From: Octopus sinensis
Taxonomy: Eukaryota
DNA: 53,563 bases
Reading direction: 5' to 3'
NCBI RefSeq assembly: GCF_006345805.1
Contig: NW_021833853.1
Location: 1-53,563, forward strand
This document shows positions 25,284 to 39,047 of this stretch, piece by piece. The position numbers were made by a program, and so were the translations under genes. The number at the start of each line of letters is the position of its first letter. Position 1 is the stretch's first letter. Below the pieces are notes generated by a model. The model was given only the letters and a program-made list of their open reading frames with translations, did not search any database and was not told the DNA's origin.

Positions 25284-25618
25284 GAGTGAGAGAGCAGTTC
25301 ATGCCATCAAAGTGACACTGGGGTAAAATATACGAAGCCCAATATACCCATCATGACTACCCGTCTGATAAAGGTACACCAGGCACATGCATCACAACCA
25401 TATGTGCGCGACATGGTGATCTTATATCAAGATAAACAGCACATGACCTTGCAGGTGGGGCCCAGTTAGAATTTCTTCTCAGGTTGAGTAGCCCATCCCG
25501 CTCAAACGGTCCCTGAATAAGGGTTGTTTAAGGATGTTGAAAGAACCACCCATGTTTCCAGAGGTGAACTATTCAAACCCCAAAGAATCCCTCTCAACAC
25601 ATGGCTATGATGCTCCCC

Positions 25619-25620
<2 letters not shown>
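24016..25620 (-). mobile_element. Three copies of a roughly 550-bp non-coding retroposon (24016-24562, 24663-25202, 25283-25620), each with an (AAT)n tail
   Basis: High mutual identity; common end (...ctgctctctcactcaataataat on minus) and a variable opposite end; no ORF conserved across the copies. Confidence 0.8.
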
Positions 25621-25679
<59 letters not shown>

Positions 25680-25707
25680 GTTATTATTATTATTATTGTT
25701 ATTATTA

Positions 25708-25753
<46 letters not shown>

Positions 25754-25859
25754 CATTATTATTATTATTATTATTACCATTTTATTATTATTATTATTAT
25801 TATTACTATTACTATTATCATTATTATTATTTATAATATTATTATTATTATCATTATTA

Positions 25860-25900
<41 letters not shown>

Positions 25901-25940
25901 ATTATATATTATTATCATCATTATTGCTATTATTATTATT

Positions 25941-26110
25941 CCTTCGTAACATAGAGTAGGTAAAAATGCAGCGGAGTATTTAGTCATCTGTCAAGTCACA
26001 ACAAGGACCCCAGACAGATAATACTTTCCTTAAGATGTGCGCTGTGCCCAATAAGGTTGATTGTTGCAAGACATCAGTTTTGCATGAGATTTCCTGTTGC
26101 CTTAAGTAGT
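25941..26110 (-). mobile_element. 3' end of a Dong/R4-type (restriction-like endonuclease) non-LTR element with an (AAT)n tail
   Basis: Minus translation YLRQQEISCKTDVLQQSTLLGTAHILRKVLS matches the LQK..LLGTA.ILR.VL C-terminal motif of R4/Dong ORFs. Confidence 0.75.
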
Positions 26111-26198
26111 TTTGACGAGCAGTCTGTCTATCTACCTGTCTGTCTTTCTGTCTGACTGTCTATCTGTCTGTCTATCTATCCCTCTATCTATCTATCTG

Positions 26199-26268
<70 letters not shown>

Positions 26269-26582
26269 GATATGTCTGTCTGTCTGTCTCTCTACCTATC
26301 TCTCTTCTCTTCTCTCTCACTCATCCCTCTCTCTCAGTGCTATTACCATATTTCATTTCAACTTCACTCTTTCGACTGTGTGACTATTTCTTTGATTCTC
26401 TGTTTCTATTAACTCCCCTCCATGTTTCTTTCTTCTTTTACTCTCTTCTCTCATTCACCATCGCTCCCATTCTATCCGCTCTCTGTTTGTTCATCGCGTT
26501 TTCGTTTACATAAATTCATTCAAATGTCAGTCATATAGACGCATTAGTGTACAAAGCAATAAAAAAGTTCATATTGTTTGAT

Positions 26583-26616
<34 letters not shown>

Positions 26617-26659
26617 AACCACCACCACCACCACCACCACCACCACCCACCACTTTTTT

Positions 26660-26975
26660 GCGGACAACGAAAGAAACAAACGGGAAACAAGACAAGCAAC
26701 ACGAAAAAATGACCCTTCATCAGTTGTTGGCTGTTTTTCTACTTCATATTTCGAGCATTTCACAAGATACGTTTTCGACATAACAGCTGCTCCTGCAAAG
26801 CAACTTGAATAATATTTAGGATTTTTGCGGAGGGTCAAAGTTGGTAACAAAAATAAGTCAGTGAAAACAGAGAGAAATGGTTGCTAAGCCTAGACGAGTT
26901 GATTAGGCGAACGCAGAGAAACAAGCTCTGACAGGAGACAGACAAGAATGCGTCTAATTCCTGTGAATGATTAGA
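26660..26975. mobile_element. Interspersed repeat fragment, possibly a Penelope pLTR; related fragment near 51940-52050
   Basis: Shared ccttcatcagttgt...atttcga spacing in both places. Confidence 0.3.
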
Positions 26976-27622
26976 GAGAAAGAAGGGAATTCAAGTTAGG
27001 AGAAGAAAGACGGCCACGTGCGGGCCACGTGAGAGCAAAGGAGGATGAGAGAGGGAGAGAGAAGGACAGACAGAAAACGGCAAAGGGGAGGGGAAGAGAA
27101 AGGAAAAAGAAACAAGGGAGGATTTCATTTTGTTTTCGTATTTTATGTTTATTTTATACTGTTTACGTTCCGTGGTGTCCTGTGCCCATATATGCACGTA
27201 TATACAAATATATGTATGTACATATATATGTGCATGTATGCATACATATTTTTATAAATTATTTATATTATATGATTGAACGCTACGCATCCATTTCCAA
27301 GTAAGTTTTATTTGATGTATGTATATAATATATATGCGTGGGCGTGTGTGTGCGGTATATATATGTGTGTATATATATATATAGTATATTTTTTAATTTA
27401 TGATATAGAAGGAGCTTCTACAGGACTAGTACTGTTTCAAGTCAAGAGAAATCTTCAGGAAGCTATTTAACAAGAATTGTATAACATTTATACATTTAGG
27501 CAGGTTTAAAGGAGGTGGTGGGGGGACTTTTTGGGGGTAGGCAGAGCGCAAAATATCATACTTGGGGGGAGTGGTCAAGGAGTCAGTGGTAAGTTAGATG
27601 AAAGAATAGATAAATAAAAAAT

Positions 27623-27683
<61 letters not shown>

Positions 27684-27704
27684 TAATAAAAAATAAAAAA
27701 ATAA

Positions 27705-27735
<31 letters not shown>

Positions 27736-27814
27736 GTATATATAATATATATAATAAATATATAATATATAATATCTATATATATAATATATATATATAT
27801 ATTATATATATATA

Positions 27815-28010
27815 TATCTATATATATATATAACTGAGAATGTGTGTTTTTCTGTCTGTCTGTCTGTTTGTGTGTCTGTATGTGTGCATAACTAAAACTG
27901 GAGAACTACCCAACCGATTTCATTCACATTTTCCCTCTTGCATTACTTAGGGCCCATGGAGTGTCATGGGCTAAAAAATGTTTTCTTGTCTAATGCGGGC
28001 TCGGAACAAT
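27815..28010 (+). mobile_element. Possible 5' end of a non-autonomous Helitron
   Basis: atctatatatatataactgagaatgtgtg, (GTCT)n, aactacccaaccgatttcattcacatttt; no 3' CTRR hairpin end found. Confidence 0.35.
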
Positions 28011-28668
28011 CACTTACAATGGTTCGATATTACGTTTCAAAAGTGAAACAATAACGTCTATATTGTATTGTTATAATACTTTCACTTTTCTTCTTTTACT
28101 TTTAATATTCTTTCACTTTTATAGTGTTCCATATCGTACTAGTTGCAATGTTGCAAGATATTTACCGTTACGCTTAAATTAACAATTAATACATGTGCTT
28201 TATCTGTCAGTAATCACAACTGTCTGAGTGTTACCGATGCATTTTACGTCATACAGGCTAAGCTACTATAGTGGAAGCAGACTGATCGACATATAAAAAG
28301 AAAAATGATAATTTAACTTTTAATCGGATTTCTAAAAATATGGTATCCAGCTTAATCTACTTAAGGACGTTAGAAGGTGTTCGACAGGAAATTTGGTTGT
28401 TATTTCTAGCAGGCAAAGTAACTCAATAGACTCGAAGAGTTATTTTGAGTGAGGGAATGTGTATATGAGTTCGCATATGGGAACGAAATTATGTTTCTAT
28501 ATGTAGAGGTGGTGATTGTGTGTGTCCCGGTATACGCGCAAACGATAAGAAAAGAAAGTTATTAATAATTGTGAAAGAAAGTTTTTAGCCGGAAGTTGAA
28601 GTAGCAGAGGATGCCGGGCGGAAGTAGCTAAAGCATAGACAGTCATGTTTTCCGCACAACAAATGTAG

Positions 28669-28730
<62 letters not shown>

Positions 28731-28903
28731 ATATATAATAAATGTATATGTAATAATTATATACACACACAAATATCATTCCGGTGGTAAATAACAAACG
28801 CACAGAAACAGAGACACACACACACCACACACACACACATATATGTACACACATATGTAAGCTTGTATGTATTTGCATACATATATATGTATGCGTGTAG
28901 GTA

Positions 28904-28934
<31 letters not shown>

Positions 28935-29049
28935 GCATATATACATGTACGTATATATATCTATACAAATATACGTACACATACATACACACTAACACAC
29001 ACATATATCTATCTATTAATTTTTTTCTTTCATTCTCTCTCCCTCTCTC

Positions 29050-29087
<38 letters not shown>

Positions 29088-29293
29088 CCGTCTGGAATAT
29101 CACCTCCTCCTGATGTATGTATATTAATAGTCAACTACATAGACTTATATACACTTAAATATAATTAATGACAAGTATGAAGAAATATTTATGGAATTTT
29201 CAAACCTATGGGGTCATCGATATATTTTTATTTTATCACCCCATCCCATCTCCTCTATCTAGTATATGTATATATAATATATATATATGTATA

Positions 29294-29336
<43 letters not shown>

Positions 29337-29378
29337 GGTATATATTATGTATATATATTATATATATATATAATATAT

Positions 29379-29413
<35 letters not shown>

Positions 29414-29517
29414 TCATATATAGACGCATTACATCTCTAGTTGTATACGTTTATATACAGATAGGGATATAAATATACATAGACAAATATATATGTAGGT
29501 ATTAATAAAACATAAGC

Positions 29518-29565
<48 letters not shown>

Positions 29566-29854
29566 AACATCCTAGTATATATAGACACATAATTATACTC
29601 AAATGTGTTTATGTATGTTTAAATAGAAAAGTCTTTTTTGTACTGAGACAAACAAAAACATGAATACATATGACCAAATCAATCGACCAATTACATACAC
29701 ACACACATATATATATATATGTACACACACAGACTTATATTTATATATATATATGCATATATACTTTCATGGATATATACATATGTGTATATACATAGAT
29801 ACAAATATATATATATATATACGCAAACACATATATGTGTATATATATATATTG

Positions 29855-29919
<65 letters not shown>

Positions 29920-30100
29920 ATATATATATTATATATATACACATATATATAGAGAGAAATAGAGTGAGAGAGAGAGAGAGATAATTATAGTTGTTGAAAA
30001 CGATATTGATCGATACAGCAATAGTCACTACGAGAAAGATCGATTCATACAATCATATTTGTATGCTTTTAGCATTATAGATACATACAAAATCGCATAC

Positions 30101-30131
<31 letters not shown>

Positions 30132-30156
30132 ATATATAATATGTATATATATATTA

Positions 30157-30188
<32 letters not shown>

Positions 30189-31347
30189 GTATATATATAT
30201 ATATATTATTATTTATACCACAGACATATATGTAAATATATATATATACGTATGTATGTTCGTATATATACACATTAGATTGACAGTACATACACATACG
30301 TAGTGAGGCGATGAAGAAAATTGAGAATACAGAATATATTGAGGTACAAAAATAGGTAGATAGGGAGATAACTATATAGATAGATCAAAAAATAAATACG
30401 TACATATCTGGAGAGAGAGAGAGAATAAGTATGAAAAACAACAACCCCAAAAAACCGAGCAAAAGAAGAGAAATAGAACTGATGAATCAAAAATCAGAAA
30501 ATATATGAAACTGTATACGAAGAAAGCTGCGTATTTTCCTATATTTGAACACAAATGAATAGCTGTCTACAACAAAGCCACCTCATTTTTCTTCTGTTTA
30601 AGTATAGGCCGCGATCACATCACCGGCTTCATCAGTGAACGTTCAATATCCAGATACGTCACACACACACAACACACACACACACACACACAACACACAC
30701 ACATATATATATATATATATTTATATATGTATATATATACTTAATATATATATGCATGTACATAATATATATATATGTGTGTGTAGATATATCTACAAAT
30801 ACACACACATATATATCGATATATATATATACATATATACATGTGTGTGTGCGTGTCTGTATGCGTGTATTTAATTGTTCCTATATATGTGTGTATGTGT
30901 ATGTATGTACATATGCACACGCACCTCACACTGAATATATACGTATATGTATATGTACATGCATATATAACATACATACATACCTACATACATACATACA
31001 TACATACATACATACATACATACAGACATACATATGTATGTAAGTATATATATATAATTATAATATAAATATTTATATCTATTATCGTTATACGGATTCG
31101 TACATATTTCGCAACATTTGACACTATGCTATAATTTGTATTCATGTGGAAAATATGCCGAGAATTTTGTGGACATTTACCAAAGACTATAATAATAAAA
31201 GAAGACATTGTCAAGCTCGGTGTATTTATATAGCATACGAACACACACACATATCTATATGCTTGTCTATGCTCACACATATGGATGTACCTATACATAT
31301 ATACATGCATATACATATGTATATATATATACATATATATATAATAT

Positions 31348-31389
<42 letters not shown>

Positions 31390-31739
31390 CACATATATAT
31401 AGTATACATTTATATAAGTGTATGTGTGTATATATATATATATATATAATTAAAAAAATATATGTATATATGTATATATATATATATATTTATATGGAGA
31501 CATACACAAGTAGGAGAGAATGATAATTCGAGAGAGAAACTGCATATGAGCACAGAATGTGCATTGCATACTAAAGATAGAACTATAGAATTTTTGTTGA
31601 GAATTGAAAGTTCACTATTGCTACACCAAATGTGATGTTCTAAACCTTGATTCAAAAGAGATGTGTGTGTATATATATATAAGTTGAGCATGCACTGATA
31701 GTTAAATTTTTTTTTATTACTTTTAAAGATTTAACCGGT

Positions 31740-32435
31740 TTCAATTGCATGGAGGGAACCCAATGGTGCCTTGGCTTTATGAATAGGAAATATTTTCTGT
31801 CGACTTATTAAGTTCTCGCCAGGGAGCCTTCTTTCTTCTTCAATGTGTGCCCCGTCCAACATATCGATGTATCGTGCAGCAGATATTGCTCCCCATACCA
31901 TAAGACCTCCGCTGCTATTCTGCTACATCGAATAAGTAGAATTTTGTATACATTTATCTGTCCAGTGAGACTTATAATCGTGAGGGCCATCCAAGTTCCA
32001 TCAGAGAAAATAACTCTTGTCCATTGACCATTTCATGTCTGATGATGCCGAGAAAACGCCAGTCAGACAGCTTCGTGAGAAGGGACAATAACGGACGCCC
32101 TAGCCGCTTCATCTGGTGGAAGCCATGGTCAAAGTCATTCTTCATACGGTGACTGTCGAGGCTCCTATTCCTGTTGATGCCTTGATTTTGGTAACGGAAG
32201 AATATCGTGACTTCATCACAGCTCTGCCAATGACCCTTTCAACTCTTTCTGATGTAATCTTGAGACGTCCACCAGTACGAACTCAGTTGCAGTTATCATG
32301 ATCTTTTAGAATATTGTCCACCGGCGTACTGCTTCCCCAAATCTTCTTGGCAAATCTTCCGATTACTCATTTGCTCCACTTTCAGTGCAAGAATATTCCC
32401 TTATTCTATTTTGAAAAGTTTCTAACTTTAGGCAT
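31740..32435 (-). pseudogene. Decayed Tc1/Tc3-like transposase (not in the ORF track)
   Basis: Joining frames gives MPKVRNFS..., RTGGRLKITSERVERVIGRAV..YSS, FSD..NLDGPHDYKSHW, SGGLMVWGAIS, RYIDML, PIHKAK; many stops and frameshifts. Confidence 0.75.
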
Positions 32436-32563
32436 ACTGGAAATGTAATTTGGATCACGGTGAATACAGTCGAATCGAATATCTTCCGAAATAATCTGGA
32501 AAGGAATGGAAATGTATTAATTGTTTTATAGTTTTCATGTGTTGTAATGTGATAATAGATATA

Positions 32564-32725
32564 GGCGCAGGAGTGGCTGTGTGGTAAGTAGCTTGCTCAC
32601 CAACCACATGGTACCCGGTTCAGTCCCGCTGCGTGGCAACTTGGACAAGTGTCCTCTACTATAGCCTCGGGCCGACCAAAGCCTTGAGAGTGGATTTGGT
32701 AGACAGAAACTGAAACAAGCCTGTC

Positions 32726-32775
<50 letters not shown>

Positions 32776-32998
32776 ATATATATACATGTTTGTATGTATT
32801 GTTGTATGTGTGTGTTTGTCCCCACCATCGTTTGAAAAAACGATGCTGGTGTGTTTATGTCCTCGTAACTTAGTGGTTCGGCAAGAGAACCGATAGTATA
32901 AGTACCGGGCTTGCAGAGAATAAGTTCTGGGAGTGATTTGTTCGACTAAAGGCGGTACTCCAGCATGGTCGCAGTCGAATGACTGAAACAAAAGAATA
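32564..32998 (+). mobile_element. Composite A+D SINE
   Basis: Well-preserved head ggcgcaggagtggctgtgtggtaagtagcttgc...ggttcagtccc. Confidence 0.9.
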
Positions 32999-33289
32999 CA
33001 AGGTTTGCATTACAAAGTATTCCCGAAAGATCCATTTACAACATACTGTCCTTTAGTCCACTTAAACACAGAGTTAAATTTCTAAATGACTTAAAAGAAC
33101 ATGTGGCTTTATAGTTCTAAAATGGTAAAAAGGAGTACTCGAATACCAGAGTTAGAGTAATATGCTTTATTATTATTAAATCTGAAAAACCATCACAAAA
33201 ACATCTCAAAAAACTGCTACTCAGAGTTTGACGTTCCCGTTTGTCAGACAGTTGAGATTGAGAAGCTTTGATAATGATATGGTATTCTT

Positions 33290-33685
33290 TTCTTCTTTTA
33301 TTATTTTATTTGTTTCAGTCTTTTGACTGCGGCCATGCTGGAGCACCGCCTTTAGTCGCGCAAATCGACCCCAAGACTTATTCTTTGTAAGCCTAGTATT
33401 TATTCTATCGCTCTCTTGCCGAACCGATAAGTGACGGGGACGTAAACACACCAGCATCGGTTGTCAAGCGATGTTGGAGGGACAGAGACACACAAAACAC
33501 ACACACACACGCATACACACACCATATATATATTACACATAAATATATATAAACGACGGGCTTCTTTCAGTTTCTGTCTACCAAATCCACTCACAAGATT
33601 TTGGTCAGCCCGTGGTTATAGTAGAAGACACCTGCCCAAGGTGCACGCAGTGGAACTGAACCCAGAAGCATGTGGTGGGCAAGCA
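33290..33685 (-). mobile_element. Composite A+D SINE, inverted relative to 32564-32998
   Basis: Reverse-complement match. Confidence 0.88.
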
Positions 33686-33708
33686 TATATATATATATAT
33701 ATTATGTT

Positions 33709-33800
<92 letters not shown>

Positions 33801-33801
<1 letters not shown>

Positions 33802-35092
33802 GAGGGACGTTCAATAAGTAATGCCCCTGACCCACTTGCAATTGCTTAATCTAGCTGAAATTTTGCAGGTGCAATTATTTATATCTCTATAGAGCAAGTG
33901 GCAAATTACACCTCTGAATTAATTGTGGTTTCTGATTTACAGGTGTTTGAACCGAGCCAAGTGTGAAATGGAGCCTGTTGAGTGTCGAGCAGTGATCCGG
34001 TTTTTGTATTTGAAAGGACGCACACCACGGGAAACTTTTGATGAAATGAAAGTAACTTATGGTGATGATGCCCCATCATATGACCTTGTAAAACGCTAGC
34101 ATCGTGAATTCAAACATGATCGGAACTCTGCGGAAACAGCTCCCAGATCTGGTCGCCCCTTCTGCCATTGATGAGGCATCTGTCTGTCAAGTTGTGGCTG
34201 CCATTTTGGAAGATCGACGCATAATTATTCGCCAAATAGCCCATGAGGTCAAGATTAGTACCGGGTCTGTGGAAGCTATCATTCACGACCATTTGCATAT
34301 GCAAAAGGTGTCTGCCAGATGGATTCCCAGGTTGCTCACGCCTTTCCAGAAGCAAGAACGCGTCGAGTGCTCGAGGGTGAATTTGGAGATGTGCCAAGAA
34401 GATGAGTCAAAATTTTTCAAAAAACTGATTACACAGGATGAAACCTGGGTCCATCCCGATGATCCAGAGACCAAAGCTCAGTCAATGCAGTGGAAGTACC
34501 GTGACTCACCCCCTCCAAAGGAGGCAAGGGTGCAGCCCTCCGCTGGCAAGGTCATGCTCACAGTCTTCTGGGACCAGGACTGAGTAGTGATGACAGATTT
34601 CCTGGCAAAGGGTACCACAATTGCAGGAGCTTATTATGCTTCACTTTTGAGGAAATTAAGAGACGTTATCAAAATCAAGAGGCGGGACAAGATCAGCAAA
34701 GGCATCCTCCTCCTGCAGGACAACGCTCCGGTCCACAACTCGTGTGTCGCCAGATCAGAAGCACAGGCGTATGGCTATGAACTCATCCACCATCCCCCCT
34801 ACTTTCCTGACCTTGCACCCTCTGATTTTCACCTCTTCCCAGTCATGAAGTTGTTTTTGAAAGGAAAGCGTTTCCCAGATGATGCAGCCTTGATTTCTGA
34901 AGTCACGTTCAGGTTGGAGGACCAAGCTGGGGGTCTTCTGCAAAAACGGTCTCCAGGGCTGCATCAAACAATGGGAGAAATGCGTAACTCTGGGTGGTTC
35001 CTATGTATAAAAAGACTAATAACTGTGCCAAGTTTCCTTGCTCTACTGCTAGTGGAAGTGGGTCAGGAGCATTACTTATTGAACGCCCCTCG
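33801..35092 (+). mobile_element. Full-length (1292 bp) mariner transposon inserted in (TA)n
   Basis: 37-bp TIRs cgaggg(a/g)cgttcaataagtaatgc(c/t)cctgacccactt match 35/37; TA on both sides. Confidence 0.95.
33968..35019 (+). pseudogene. DD34D mariner transposase pseudogene (irritans-like subfamily inferred)
   Basis: MEPVECRAVIRFL..., WIPRLL, TQDETW, QDNAPVH-34 aa-PSDFHLF, HPPYFPDLAPSD; at least two stops and two frameshifts. Confidence 0.92.
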
Positions 35093-35504
35093 TATATATA
35101 TTATATATATTATATATATATAATATATTATATAATATATATATATATATATATTTTATTAATAATATTATTATTATTAATTTATTATTACATTTGGGAT
35201 ATTCACCAATAGATGAGCAACTTCTATTTCGATATAACCTCATGGTATGGTATACGCAGAGAAAATTACATCAAATAAAATAATCAATTTAACATACAAT
35301 AAAATTAGTTAAATAAATATACCTTTCCTGTTATTAATCTGTGGGGAAAGAAGATTGTACAAGAAATCGCTACACGTATTTCTGCGATGGTAGGCTGTGT
35401 GTTAGGGCTATACTTAATACATAAATCCACCAATGCGTCCTTAGGGTATGCATATCATTATTATTATGTACAGGTAAAAGTTAAAAGTTAAAAGTTAAAA
35501 ATCG

Positions 35505-35546
<42 letters not shown>

Positions 35547-35617
35547 ATATATATATACTATATATATATATCTATATAATATATATATACATATATACAT
35601 AGCGTATATATATATAT

Positions 35618-35677
<60 letters not shown>

Positions 35678-35690
35678 ATGTTTGTATATA

Positions 35691-36098
35691 TACTCATTTA
35701 CTCTTTTACTTGTTTCAGTCATTTGACTGCGGCCATGCTGGAGCACCGCCTTTAATCGAGAAACCCGACCCCGGACTTATTCTTTTGTAAGCCCAGTATT
35801 TATTCTATCGGGCTCTTTTGCCGAACCGCTAAGTAACGGGGACATAAACACACCAGCATCGGTTGTCAAGCAATGCTAGGGGAACAAACACAGACACACA
35901 AACGCACACACGTATATATTAATATATATACATATATACGACAGTCTTCTTATGGTTTCCGTCTACCAAATCCACTCACAAGGCTTTGGTCGGCCCGAGG
36001 CTTAGTAGAAGACACTTGCCCAAGGTGCCACGAAGTGGGTCTGAACCGGAACCATGTAGTTGGTAAACAAGCTACTTACCAGACACACACTCCTCGCC

Positions 36099-36099
<1 letters not shown>
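35691..36099 (-). mobile_element. Composite A+D SINE, well preserved
   Basis: tactcttttacttgtttcagtcatttgactgcggccatgctggagcaccgcc... Confidence 0.9.
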
Positions 36100-36129
<30 letters not shown>

Positions 36130-36216
36130 GTTTTATTACATATGTTATATAGATATATACGTATATATCATAATATTATATATATATATACGAATATACA
36201 TAGCATATATATATAC

Positions 36217-36272
<56 letters not shown>

Positions 36273-36302
36273 GTATATATATATATATGCATATATATAT
36301 TC

Positions 36303-36338
<36 letters not shown>

Positions 36339-37245
36339 ATATGTATATAAACACATGCACACACACATAACCGCATACGAATTACCGATCTATCAATCTA
36401 TCTATTTGTACATATTTTATAAACACACACACACGTATATATATTTATAAGTTTATATAGAGATATTTATATAAGTATGTATGTATGTATTTGTGTATAT
36501 ATGTATGTAGGTAGGTATGTATGTGTGTAGACAGTGAATTCTGTTTAATTGCATAACGGACAAATACATAATTCGGGGAAATTGACAACTTTCCAAAGCT
36601 CCATATTATTTAATACTAACATATAATAGGTCGGTTAATTGCATATTCAAAGAATGTCATTTTCTGTTAATTACATAAACTGTAGTCTGAATTGTGGCTA
36701 AAAAATGTCGAAATATACCATAAAATTAAACATTTATTTGATTTCGGCGTATAGTGATTCTAGAAGTTTCCGTTTTCGAAAATATATTGGTAATTATGGG
36801 TAATTATGATATCGTATCATTTGCATCAATTTCAATGCGGACATATGTATAAATATGTATGTCTATAACTACATCTGCCTGCCTGTCTGCTTTTCTGTCT
36901 GTCTGTCTTTATGTATATATGTTTCTCCCTCTCGATCTATATATCTATATATAGCTAGACACATACACGTGCGCACGCATAAAAAACACAAACACACACA
37001 TGCACATATATGTATATATGTAATCTATCTGTTTATCTATCTTTCTTTCTTTCTTTCTGTCTTTCCTTCTTTCTGTCTTTCCTTCTTTCTTTCTTGTGTG
37101 TGTGTGTGTGTGAGTATTACATTTCTATAGTGCATTCTATAGCCCCAAGCCGATTGATTATAAACAGAATAAAATACCAAGAAGCCGACCAATTAAAATT
37201 TATCCTAAATTGTGGAAGAGAACAGATATGCATATGTTGAAATAT

Positions 37246-37410
37246 ATGAAGGGCTTCCACAAAGTTTCCGTCTACCAAATACATTGGTCGACGCGGGGTT
37301 ATAATAATAAAAAAAAGTCATTTAGCCTCGGTTCTACGCAGTGGGACTGACCCCGAAACTATGTGGCTGCAAAACGAACACCTTAGCCATACAGACATGC
37401 CTGCACCCAA
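37246..37410 (-). mobile_element. Diverged family-A SINE head
   Basis: gaagggcttccacaaagtttccgtctaccaaat...gcagtgggactgaccccgaaact. Confidence 0.7.
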
Positions 37411-37655
37411 ATATACTTACAAACATTCACAAACACATACAGCCATCCATCCATCCATCCATACATCCATCCATCCTTCCATCCATCCATCCATCCATCC
37501 ATCCATCCATCCATCCATCCATACATACATACATACATACATACATACATACATACATACGTATACGCATGTACATATATATATGGTGATTGTCTCTTCC
37601 TTATGCCGAGTTTGACCACATCCTGTGCCTACACCTTAGAAGCCTTATGGCATGA

Positions 37656-37836
37656 GGTTGGGAAGTAGGCTTCTTACCACACAGCCACTTCTGCGTCTTT
37701 CTCCGTCTCCCCTTCCCCCTCTCTCTCTTTATATATATATATAATTAAAAAAAAAACACCTTTCATCAATTCAAAATGAACAATTAAATTACACCATCTA
37801 GAAAATTACATATAATAGAAAAATTAAAATTAAAAT
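37656..37836 (+). repeat. Local direct duplication of about 180 bp (partner 38943-39141)
   Basis: SINE head remnant + CT tract + TA tract + cacctttcatcaattcaaaatgaacaattaaattacaccatctagaaaattacatataatagaaaa in both copies. Confidence 0.88.
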
Positions 37837-38574
37837 TAAAGCCAGACAATGTTTTGAAAAGGCACCCACATAGATTGCATATCTGCTTTGGACCACCAAG
37901 AGCTGCAGAGAAGTTTTAATTTGTGTGGATCTTAAAATTTCTTTTATGACCTCTGTTAGATTTGCAAACCTTCTGGCATACATTGCATTGAAATATCTGC
38001 ATAGGCATATAGGCAGATTAGATGGTGGAGGTTCGTTTTCCATGGGTTCGCAAATGAGATTTAAGCCCAGTAAAAAGGTAAGGTTTATCACAAACTGTGT
38101 AGACAAAAATCTCATTGTGATTTATAATATATGTATATAAATTTATAGTTATAATTATGATTATAATTAAGGGTACTAGATAGTACCAGCGTTGCTAGAA
38201 ATGAGAGTCGAAAAATACACAAATAAGCCACAGTATCACTGAACAAGCTGAACGAAATCGAGCGTGACGAAGCGGGTATTAGTTTAACCTCAGGCACCGA
38301 GACCCACTGAAGAGAACTAAGAGTATTATCTCAGGGATCGAAATCATGTGATATAGGTACATCTGCAAATTCATTTGCGTTTTTTTCCCCGTAATAGTAG
38401 GTTGGCCTTTTACTCGCCCCTCGATTTCGTTCAGCCTGTAACTTATTTGAGTATTTTTCGACTCCTATTTTTAGAAAAGCCAGTACTATATGGTTCCCTT
38501 AATCATGATTATAAATTTATAAATTTACCTTTTTTTCCTGGGGGTTAAAATGTGGTAACATGGTCCTACGCATG

Positions 38575-38984
38575 GTCATTTTGACTGCGGCCATGCTGGA
38601 GCACCGCCTTTTTAGTCGAGCAAATCAACCACAGGTGCTATTATTTCTAAGCCTAGTACTTACTCTATTAGTTTCTTTTGCCGACCCGCTCAGTGAAGGG
38701 GACGTAAACACACCAACACCGGTTGTCAAGCGATGGTGGGACAAACACCGACACATACATACGCACACACACACATACACACACACACACGTACACACAC
38801 ACACATGTATGAATATATATACGACGAGCTTCTTTCAATTTCCGTCTACCAAATCCACTCACAAGGCTTTTGTTAGTTCAAGGGTATAGTAGAAGACACT
38901 TGCCTAAGGTGCCACGTAGTTGGACTGAACCCGTAACCATGTGGTTGGGAAGCAGGCTTCTTACCACACAGCCACTTCTGCGTC
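38575..38984 (-). mobile_element. Composite A+D SINE
   Basis: Reverse-complement match to 32564-32998. Confidence 0.88.
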
Positions 38985-39047
38985 TTTCTCCGTCTCTCCC
39001 TCCCCACTCTCCTCTCTCTCTCTCTCTTTATATATATATATATGTAT

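Noticed and set aside
26705-26770. Hammerhead core words on minus (GAAA then CUGAUGA); similar at 51945-51995
   Set aside because: The permuted order would need stems I and III within about 25 nt, and they do not pair. At most a pLTR remnant.
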